Virus record (IMG/VR): IMGVR_UViG_3300033076_000370
Location: 1-39,269 of that record
Length of the DNA stretch: 39,269 nucleotides
DNA from: a virus
Taxonomy: Duplodnaviria; Caudoviricetes
Reading direction: 5' to 3' (one strand)
Each line of letters begins with the position of its first letter. Positions within the stretch are counted from its first letter, which is position 1. A program made the translations under genes and the position numbers. Under the pieces are notes generated by a model that saw only the letters and a program-made list of their open reading frames with translations, was not told the DNA's origin and did no database searches. Shown in pieces: positions 28,401 through 35,751 of this stretch.

Positions 28401-28580
28401 TTTGGTGTATTAGATGCCGATAACTTAAACAGTATGTTCAATTTATTTGATTACTTAAAAACTCAATTTGCATTTATGTTGGTTATATCGCATATTGACT
28501 CAATGAGAGATGTAGTCGATAAACTAATTGAAATTACTAAAGTTAATGGAAGTTCTAAAATACAATACTCTTACTCGTAA
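25413..28580 (+). CDS. Fused Mre11/SbcD nuclease - Rad50/SbcC ATPase (T4 gp47+gp46-like)
   Basis: ADIH, GGDIVH, GNHD, GDIH, YPGS; Walker A APNASGKST; hook CTFC; signature TSGME; Walker B IDEGFGVLD; ISH. Confidence 0.92.
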   Translation: MIQKIDIGLTKIDKIYHLADIHIRNLKRHTEYKTVFARTVDVIKSTIQPNDVIFLGGDIVHAKTDMTPELVQSVQEFFKMFADIAPTILITGNHDCNLNNKSRLDALTPIVNALNHPNLYYLKDSGVYELADKHFVVMSVFDKPKDFIRSNQFEGKYKIALHHGAVNNALTDIGFRLVNDNVDLALFDGYELVLLGDIHKPAQYLDANKTVAYPGSLIQQNYAEALEHGMLIWDTATKESEFVIIPNDICYYTLEINTAAYTPIPDKLIGKTIRLRIKVQNTDASDLKSIIAEIKTKFTIEEYTIQKINDFTTNKTRVQKINIGDVRDVEYQNELISKYLENKFALENELLDGVRHVNRTVNSSLTKLDASRNVSWIPKRFEFSNMFSYGPDNYINFENMKGVHGIFAPNASGKSTMLDAITYCIFDKCGRTSKASNVLNNRSSSFKCKFTFELDNITYYIEKTGTKGRGNHVRVDVDFYTLDDLGNKTSLNGKERSETNDHIRNILGTYEDFVLTALSVQNNNTGFIDMAQKDRKDLLSQFLDINIFEDLYSVANNDIKEVATLVKEYQRQDFSTQLANAITDIEQYKTECNEFETEKVKLEQDIAVLSEQILTLTQNLIPVDTSIEDINSLTALREKANELVSQFQNEISAKNQLVSDITNKIDTLKSTIDSININEVQARIDVLNNLKTTQTTLNGTVERLKAEVRAKLEKMEKLNDLKYDENCTFCMDNIFVKDAIATKNSIEADKSEARDLINKLTDINERIQKLEPSVAEKDSYNALQKQLHQLEASKLSAESEVHQIDSKYHQVIAKIGDLDHKIAEYYKKESAIKENNVLKQSIAQLTEEKTQLKNQLSDINSDMISCTSNILVSEKLKEKAEESIAKLKDLEKQYKFYQYYLEAVNRDGVPYDLITMAVPYIEQEINNILSQLVEFNLMLEMDGKNINCYIVYDQDDFWPIELTSGMEKFISSLAIRTALINISSLPRPNFLAIDEGFGVLDADNLNSMFNLFDYLKTQFAFMLVISHIDSMRDVVDKLIEITKVNGSSKIQYSYS

Positions 28581-28597
28581 TAAAAAGTAATATAGTT

Positions 28598-28635
28598 ATT
28601 CGATAGATATTTATATAAAAAAGTATCTATCGAAT
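28598..28635 (+). promoter_or_regulatory. Hairpin containing late motif ATATTTAT (28607-28614) and pairing the start codon of the fibre gene
   Basis: ATTCGATAGATA (28598-28609) / TATCTATCGAAT (28624-28635), a perfect 12-bp inverted repeat; ATG at 28634. Confidence 0.78.
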
Positions 28636-31600
28636 GGCTCGTGAACTACAGTATCAAGGTTTAGCAGAATTAAACGTTTTAGTTAATGACACTAGTAAAT
28701 ACTCATCAGAGTATTTTCAAGTTACAAACTTTCCTAGCGTATTTACTGCCGGTAAAAACTTGTTTCGATTCAAAGGCATCGCTGATAAATTTATCGAAGA
28801 GTCTGACATTTTAATTGAAGTTTTAGACTCAAACGGTCAGCCAATTTATTACGAAGCTGATTTAAATTTAGAATCAGGTGAGCAATCTATTATCGTTGCA
28901 GTTTATGTAGATGAAGAAACTCCTCCTGGTCAAGGAGAGATTATTTTATGTGGTTATCTATCCAATGTAATTAGTGAGGAAGAAGGACCGACAGTTAGAT
29001 GGAGTCAACCTATTGACATAGATCCTACAAAGCAAAATGATGCTGAAATTATTTTTAGTGTAATACCAGCTGCTACAGTTAGCACGTCTTCAGTAGTCGA
29101 TTCATATACTGTTACTAGTTATGCAAATGCAGCATTAGTTAAATCAGCGTCAATAAATAATTTTACATACGATTATCGTAACAACGGTAATCCTGTAATT
29201 ATAGGTACTGTTAGCACTGCAGCAATAGCTTCGTTAAATAAGTCAGGATCTGCTAGATTTGAGGTATCTCGATCTAAATTTACTGGAAATCCTTCTAGTA
29301 TATTTACATTAACAGCTACTACATTGTCAGCTTCAGTTGCAAGTTATATTAGTACAGGGTCAAATATTATATTTACTTTATCTGATCCATTTGAATCCGG
29401 AATTCAAGGGTCTACTCAAGTTCATACATTTATAAACGGAACTGGTACAACTGGAAGTTTATATTTCGATCAAACTGGGTCTACGTCAAGTTCAGAAAAC
29501 ACATATACTATTATATCAGCATCATTTACTAATTTGCAACCGCAAGTAGGTAATATTGCTAAAATACGAACTTTTTATAAAAGTGTTGGTGTTGGAGAAT
29601 ATGTATTAGCGAGTGAAACGGATATATTAGATTTAGCTACTGAATTTGGATATACTCCTGAATCAGCTTCTATTATTGTACCATTGCCAACTGTACATCG
29701 TAATGATAGATTTGATTTAAAATTTCAATTTTTAAATTCCGCAGAAGCTGTTAGTAAACAAGTACTTTACGTTAAAGACGTGGGCATGCCAGGCGGTAAT
29801 GTCTATATTGGCGGAGATGATAACTTGATCACTGGTTCAGTATACGTTGCCGGTCAAACCGGTACCGGTGTATCAATTGAAGGATCAACTGCTGGTGCGT
29901 TTATTAGATCTGTTGGATATGAAGGGTTTCAAAATGTAGTTGCTAATGGAGCTACTGGTCAACCAGGATTTATTATGTATTCTGGATCAGTTGCAACTAT
30001 GCTTAATAGTAATCAAACTGAAAATTATAGAGGTATTGGATTAGAGCTAACGGCACATTCAGAATCATATTTACGATACACAACTTCTGGAAGTGGTTTG
30101 TTAGATATTCGTACTAATAAATTCTTTTTAGGAAGCAGTCAACAATATATCGTCGGTGCTGATGGATTAATACAAATTTCATCTAGCAATTTCTTTTTAT
30201 CATCTTCAGGTGATGTAATAATGGCCGGTACTATTACAGCAACTGCAGGTAACATTGGAGGATTTACTATTACGTCTCACTCATTATCTGGAAATAATTT
30301 CTTTATATCCGGAGCTGCTACATCGACAGGATTTTTTATATCAGCATCTAAATTTAATGTCAAAGGAAATGGCGACGTAACTGGATCTAACGTTTTATTC
30401 ACGGGTGGTAAAATCGGTTCATTTACTTTATCAAATGATGCCTTTACTGCCGGATCAACATTTTTTATATCTAGCTCTGTAGGAGCCACTCCAGCAACGT
30501 CATTCTTTATATCTGCATCAAGATTTAATGTTAAGCAAGATGGTACAGTAACAGGATCTTCTGCTTTATTTAGTGGCTCAGTATCTGTAGTAGGCACAAT
30601 CAATGCATTAGCCGGTAACATTGGCGGATTTGCAATTACAGATAGTGCAATAACCGGATCCGGATTTTATTTATCAGGATCAGCCACTTCTACGGGATTT
30701 TTTATATCGTCGTCCAAATTTAATGTCAAAGGTAACGGAGATGTTACTGGGTCAAATGTTTTATTTACCGGTGGTAAGATAGCAGGATTTACTATAAGTA
30801 ATGACACTCTTTCCAACGGAAGCAATTTTTACATTTCAGGCTCGGCTACTGCAAATGATTTCTTTATATCTTCTAGTAAGTTTAATATTAAAGCTAATGG
30901 AGACGTGTCAGCATCGTCTGCACTGTTTAGTGGATCCGTTTCTATAACTGGTAATGTCAATGCTAGAACGGGTAATATTGGCGGATTTAATATAACCACT
31001 GATGCTATTACAGGGTCAGGGTTTTATTTAAGTGGATCTGCTACAGGTGATAATTTTTTTATCAGTTCATCGGCATTTAACGTAAAAGCAAATGGAAATA
31101 TAACTGGTAGCAGTGTATTATTTACAGGAGGAAAAATTGGCTCATTTACGTTAACAAACGATGCATTTACCGCAGGATCTACATTTTTTATATCATCCTC
31201 AGTTAGTGGAACTCCTGGTACAGCTTTCTTTATATCATCCTCTAAATTCAATGTTAAACAAGATGGAACGATTACCGGCTCGTCAGCATTGTTTAGTGGG
31301 TCTGTATCCGTAGTCGGTACAGTTAATGCACTCGCAGGAAATATAGGAGGATTTGCAATCACATCTGACGCGATTACTGGATCTGGATTTTATTTATCAG
31401 GCTCAGCAACTGCAACTGGATTCTTTATTTCTTCTAGCAAGTTTAATATTAAAGGTAATGGGGATGTTACTGGTTCTAATGTTTTATTTACTGGTGGCAA
31501 AATAGGATCGTTTGTATTATCAACAAACGCTTTAAGTGGCATTAATTCTAGCACAGGAGCAACGACATTTTTTATATCTAGCTCTGTCGACACTACTAGT

Positions 31601-34600
31601 CCAGACGGAGTGGCATTTTTTATGTCGTCATCGAAGTTTAATGTACGTCAGGACGGAACAATATCCGGGTCTCAAGTATTATTCGACGGCGGTAAAGTAG
31701 GTGGGTTTGCAATTGACTCTTCTAAAATTACTGGAACAAATATTATAATTGATAGCTCTGGATCAATTCAAACTGCTGATTATGCATCTGATTTAAAAGG
31801 TTGGAAAATATCTGCAGTAGATAATGGATTTGCTGAATTTGAAAACGTAAGAGTTAGAGGAACTCTTAAGACTGCTGTATTTGAAAAAGAAACGGTTAAT
31901 GCAGTAGGAGGTCAGTTATACGTTGCTAATTCATCAACGATAACAGGATCTGAAGCTTCTTCATCAATTCCTGATTTTGTTTATTTGAAATTTGGAGGAT
32001 ATTCAGGTTCCAAAGCAATACAGAATATAGTTGGCAGCAGTAATACATATTTAATAACGTCGGATTTAACGACGGCCTCTATTGCGGCGGTACCAACGAC
32101 TGTTCAATCTTTTAAGCCATTTGGCAATACTGGTTTATTAATAGCATCTGGATCTAAATTGGCTAACACTAATACAGGTGCGAATATTGCTACAATAAGC
32201 AATATAAATTTAGACACATCTGCTAGTTTTACTGTAGCAGTATGGGTATATCCGAATTTTGATAATTATACATCATCAACGCCATCCGGCTCAATAATTG
32301 AAAAAACTAGTGCAAACTCAAGTTTAGTAAGTACGTTTGGAATATATTGGTACAGCGGATCAAACTGGCCACAGACTGGATCAATACGTACAGCTGCCTC
32401 TAATGGAACTAGCAACGGTACTAATACTCACGTCAATTGTCTGCCTAATAAGCAATGGACTCATATTGCAATGGCAATAAGCGGCGCAGTTGGTGTTAAT
32501 ACTACCCGACGTTTTTATATCAATGGTCAATTAGTAGATAGCACTAATAGTTACCCGCACCGATCACTATCTAATACCGCTGATATAAGACTAGGAGCTG
32601 GTTATACTTATACAGAACGCTGGCCAGGTTACATTACAGATGTACGTGTATATACTGGATCGTTATCAACGACTCAAATTGCAAGTATATACAGCGGATC
32701 GTATATTACAGCTAGTATTGATGCTAATACAACGGCATTGCAAATTGATAACGTAACTGGGTTTGTTAATGGCGAAATTTTATCCGCTAAAAAAGTTAGT
32801 AATACTGGATTCGCCACTGAGTATTTACAAGTAAGAGATACCATGCGCCTTAATCCTAGTAGTGATACTGACTTCTCTGGAATGCTTTACGTTACTAGAA
32901 GTTATGGAAATGGCGTAGCAGGTAGTAGCGGAAGTTTAGGAGACTCTCCTAGCACAGCACAGAGCTACGAACCTTCTCAAGTAATTGTATCAACTGGTAA
33001 ACTTGGAACTGGATTTATACGAATAAATGCTAACCCAAATGATCAAGCAACTCCTTACATTGACATAGTTGAAAGAACTGGTAGTGGTATATACGACGTG
33101 GCACTAAAGGCTCGTTTAGGTGACTTATCAGGATTAGCGAATAGTAATTATGTATTCGGTAACAGTAATCCTGGATTTGGATTGGCAACTGATAATGTAT
33201 TCCTACAAGGAGGTATTATTGCTAATACTGGAAGTATTGGTGGTATACAAATGCAAAATAATAAATTGTATACCGGTACTGGTACATTTAATAATAATAA
33301 TACTGGATTTTATTTAGATTCAAATAGCCAGTTTTCTTTAGGAAATAAATTTTCTTGGAACGGGACTACATTATCCGTTTCTGGAACTCTTAATGCAACT
33401 GACGGTAATATCGGCGGATTTACGATTACGCAAAACGCAATAACTGGATCTGGATTTTATTTAAGTGGCTCAGCTACTAATGACGGCACTTCATTTTTCT
33501 TATCATCTAGCCGTTTTAATATAAAAGGAAATGGCGATATCACTGGATCGCAAGTATTATTTACTGGCGGTACTGTTGGAGGATTTACTTTATCTAGTAC
33601 ACAAATAGCAGATGCGGGTGGATCAACTTTATTACTTAAGAGTAATGGTCAGATAACTGGATCAAATGTATTGTTCAATGGAGGAAAAGTTGGAGGATTT
33701 ACAATCAGCGGAGATACTTTATCAAACTCTACAAATTTCTTTATATCAGGCTCAGCAACTGGAAATAATTTTTTCATAAGTTCCTCTGCGTTTAATGTAA
33801 AAGCTAGTGGGGACGTTACAGCATCATCTGCTTTATTCAGTGGCTCTGTTTCTATAACTGGTAATGTTAATGCAAGAACTGGTAATATTGGTGGATTCAG
33901 CATAACAGCAAATGCTATTACAGGTTCTGGATTTTATTTATCGGGATCTGCATCAAGTGACCAGTTCTTTATTAGTTCATCAGCATTTAATGTAAAAGCA
34001 AATGGTAACATAACTGGCAGCAGTGTATTATTTACGGGAGGTAAAATAGCCTCGTTTACTCTTTCTAATGATGCATTTACGGCAGGAAATACATTTTTTA
34101 TATCTAGCTCTGTATCTGGTACTCCAGCAACTGCATTTTTTATATCTTCATCAAGATTTAATGTTAAGCAAGATGGTACAATAACTGGCTCTAACGTTTT
34201 ATTTAATGGCGGTACTATAGGTGGGTTTACGTTATCAGCCGATAAATTATCTGGTACCAGTTTCAACGTAAGTTCAAGTGGAGTATTAACTTTAGGATCG
34301 GCAACTTCATTCACTGCAGGCGATGGAATTTATTTAAGTAACGCTAGTACTAACAATTTCCGTGTAGGAGATCAAGGTGCAGCACGTCTTCAATTTGACA
34401 GTACTAATTTAGAAATTTACAATTCAAGTAACACTAAATTAGTAAGTATAGGCGCTACCAATACTATAGCAGGATTTACTTTATCAGAGAGCACTTTATC
34501 TAATGGATCTAGCTTCTTTATATCCGGGTCATCGACCGGAAATGGATTCTTTATATCAGCTTCTAATTTTAATGTCAAAGCTAATGGCGATGTTACAGCA

Positions 34601-35713
34601 TCAAATGCATTGTTTACTGGAATTGCTACTGCAGATATTATAATGGATAAGACATTAGTACTTACTGCTGCAAATTCTAGTAGTTATCTTACGACATATG
34701 ATTATAATACATTTGTCGGCGGTGTGCAAAATGCATATTGGTTAAAGCTGGATGGAAGTGCAGGCGGCACTGAAGAATTACGTCGAGTTTTTATAAATTG
34801 TGAGTTGCTGTATCCATTAGGAAAAATTACATTCCCTAGCGTAGATACGGCCAGAAAAATTGATATTGTAATTGAAAATGGGGGCACTAATCAAATATTA
34901 GATATATTTGGAGCATTTAAAACTACTGGAGCTGCTCCGTCAGTAGTTGACTTTCCAGCCGGCGCGACAATAACACTTACTGCAGTCGGAACTTCCCCGT
35001 CTCCTACGGATTGGAATTGTATAGCCGGAAGTTATCAACCGTTTGCTGGATATGAATATAAACGAGGTTTGACAATCTCAGGCTCAGGGACTACTAGTAA
35101 ATTTGTGTATAGCGGATCGACTTCAGCTGACTTTGACATATTCGGTGGAGCTGATTTACGAAACTATGATGGACGTATATACGGATCTGGGTCTAAAGCA
35201 CTTCCGACATTTTCAAACATTGACGATCCTGATACTGGAATGTATTTTCCATCAACAAATACATTAGCATTTGTAGCAGGAGGTACTGAACAACTTAAAA
35301 TTGATAGCAACGGTGCTACTTTACCTACCCGATCTGCATTTAGAGTTATTGGCAATACTAGTAATGTATGGGGAGATGAGACAATAATAAGTGGTTCATG
35401 GTTGACTGTTGATTACAATCAAGGCAATGACTGGAATAACACTACCGGAGTATATACAGCACCTGCAACTGGATTGTATCATGTATATTTTAATGCGCGT
35501 GTTAATACTGGAACCGGTCAAGTAGTTATATATAAAAATACTTCTACATTTACTGGAATGATGTGGGAAACTACGGGTACCCCTGCAGCAACTCACTTTG
35601 GAGTTAGTAGTGTATTGAGTTTAACTGCAGGAGATACTTTGCTAGCTCAAATTAAGGTTGGATCTATACAATTTGACTCAAATGATAGTTGGGGAGTTGC
35701 ATTCATAGGATAA
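28634..35713 (+). CDS. Giant tail fibre / receptor-binding protein (2359 aa): beta-repeat arrays, LamG domain, C-terminal C1q/TNF-like domain
   Basis: Repeated GxIGGFxI and FNVKxxGxxT(G/A)S units; FTVAVWV...WTHIAM...FYING...GYITDVRVY; TGVYTAPATGLYHVYF...LSLTAGDT. Confidence 0.85.
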   Translation: MARELQYQGLAELNVLVNDTSKYSSEYFQVTNFPSVFTAGKNLFRFKGIADKFIEESDILIEVLDSNGQPIYYEADLNLESGEQSIIVAVYVDEETPPGQGEIILCGYLSNVISEEEGPTVRWSQPIDIDPTKQNDAEIIFSVIPAATVSTSSVVDSYTVTSYANAALVKSASINNFTYDYRNNGNPVIIGTVSTAAIASLNKSGSARFEVSRSKFTGNPSSIFTLTATTLSASVASYISTGSNIIFTLSDPFESGIQGSTQVHTFINGTGTTGSLYFDQTGSTSSSENTYTIISASFTNLQPQVGNIAKIRTFYKSVGVGEYVLASETDILDLATEFGYTPESASIIVPLPTVHRNDRFDLKFQFLNSAEAVSKQVLYVKDVGMPGGNVYIGGDDNLITGSVYVAGQTGTGVSIEGSTAGAFIRSVGYEGFQNVVANGATGQPGFIMYSGSVATMLNSNQTENYRGIGLELTAHSESYLRYTTSGSGLLDIRTNKFFLGSSQQYIVGADGLIQISSSNFFLSSSGDVIMAGTITATAGNIGGFTITSHSLSGNNFFISGAATSTGFFISASKFNVKGNGDVTGSNVLFTGGKIGSFTLSNDAFTAGSTFFISSSVGATPATSFFISASRFNVKQDGTVTGSSALFSGSVSVVGTINALAGNIGGFAITDSAITGSGFYLSGSATSTGFFISSSKFNVKGNGDVTGSNVLFTGGKIAGFTISNDTLSNGSNFYISGSATANDFFISSSKFNIKANGDVSASSALFSGSVSITGNVNARTGNIGGFNITTDAITGSGFYLSGSATGDNFFISSSAFNVKANGNITGSSVLFTGGKIGSFTLTNDAFTAGSTFFISSSVSGTPGTAFFISSSKFNVKQDGTITGSSALFSGSVSVVGTVNALAGNIGGFAITSDAITGSGFYLSGSATATGFFISSSKFNIKGNGDVTGSNVLFTGGKIGSFVLSTNALSGINSSTGATTFFISSSVDTTSPDGVAFFMSSSKFNVRQDGTISGSQVLFDGGKVGGFAIDSSKITGTNIIIDSSGSIQTADYASDLKGWKISAVDNGFAEFENVRVRGTLKTAVFEKETVNAVGGQLYVANSSTITGSEASSSIPDFVYLKFGGYSGSKAIQNIVGSSNTYLITSDLTTASIAAVPTTVQSFKPFGNTGLLIASGSKLANTNTGANIATISNINLDTSASFTVAVWVYPNFDNYTSSTPSGSIIEKTSANSSLVSTFGIYWYSGSNWPQTGSIRTAASNGTSNGTNTHVNCLPNKQWTHIAMAISGAVGVNTTRRFYINGQLVDSTNSYPHRSLSNTADIRLGAGYTYTERWPGYITDVRVYTGSLSTTQIASIYSGSYITASIDANTTALQIDNVTGFVNGEILSAKKVSNTGFATEYLQVRDTMRLNPSSDTDFSGMLYVTRSYGNGVAGSSGSLGDSPSTAQSYEPSQVIVSTGKLGTGFIRINANPNDQATPYIDIVERTGSGIYDVALKARLGDLSGLANSNYVFGNSNPGFGLATDNVFLQGGIIANTGSIGGIQMQNNKLYTGTGTFNNNNTGFYLDSNSQFSLGNKFSWNGTTLSVSGTLNATDGNIGGFTITQNAITGSGFYLSGSATNDGTSFFLSSSRFNIKGNGDITGSQVLFTGGTVGGFTLSSTQIADAGGSTLLLKSNGQITGSNVLFNGGKVGGFTISGDTLSNSTNFFISGSATGNNFFISSSAFNVKASGDVTASSALFSGSVSITGNVNARTGNIGGFSITANAITGSGFYLSGSASSDQFFISSSAFNVKANGNITGSSVLFTGGKIASFTLSNDAFTAGNTFFISSSVSGTPATAFFISSSRFNVKQDGTITGSNVLFNGGTIGGFTLSADKLSGTSFNVSSSGVLTLGSATSFTAGDGIYLSNASTNNFRVGDQGAARLQFDSTNLEIYNSSNTKLVSIGATNTIAGFTLSESTLSNGSSFFISGSSTGNGFFISASNFNVKANGDVTASNALFTGIATADIIMDKTLVLTAANSSSYLTTYDYNTFVGGVQNAYWLKLDGSAGGTEELRRVFINCELLYPLGKITFPSVDTARKIDIVIENGGTNQILDIFGAFKTTGAAPSVVDFPAGATITLTAVGTSPSPTDWNCIAGSYQPFAGYEYKRGLTISGSGTTSKFVYSGSTSADFDIFGGADLRNYDGRIYGSGSKALPTFSNIDDPDTGMYFPSTNTLAFVAGGTEQLKIDSNGATLPTRSAFRVIGNTSNVWGDETIISGSWLTVDYNQGNDWNNTTGVYTAPATGLYHVYFNARVNTGTGQVVIYKNTSTFTGMMWETTGTPAATHFGVSSVLSLTAGDTLLAQIKVGSIQFDSNDSWGVAFIG
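30220..31740 (+). repeat. Intragenic repeat array 1 of the fibre
   Basis: Multiple ~35-45-aa units; includes a higher-order duplication at 723-nt offset (30421 vs 31144). Boundaries approximate. Confidence 0.85.
33380..34620 (+). repeat. Intragenic repeat array 2 of the fibre
   Basis: 33821-34192 matches 30911-31282 (offset 2910 nt), nearly identical at protein level. Boundaries approximate. Confidence 0.85.
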
Positions 35714-35746
35714 TGATTTATCAACTTTAATATTTATAATAAATCA
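35714..35746 (+). promoter_or_regulatory. Late motif ATATTTAT (35730-35737) inside an 8-bp inverted repeat
   Basis: TGATTTAT (35714-35721) / ATAAATCA (35739-35746); ATG at 35752. Confidence 0.6.
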
Positions 35747-35751
35747 AATAC

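Noticed and set aside
30911-34192. Duplicated fibre segments as a diversity-generating retroelement TR/VR pair
   Set aside because: Differences are mostly synonymous and not adenine-specific, both copies are in-frame coding, and there is no reverse transcriptase in the window.
30277-34314. Repeated minus-strand ORFs within the fibre gene
   Set aside because: Antisense shadows of Ser/Gly/Thr-rich repeats, fully inside a strong + strand gene.
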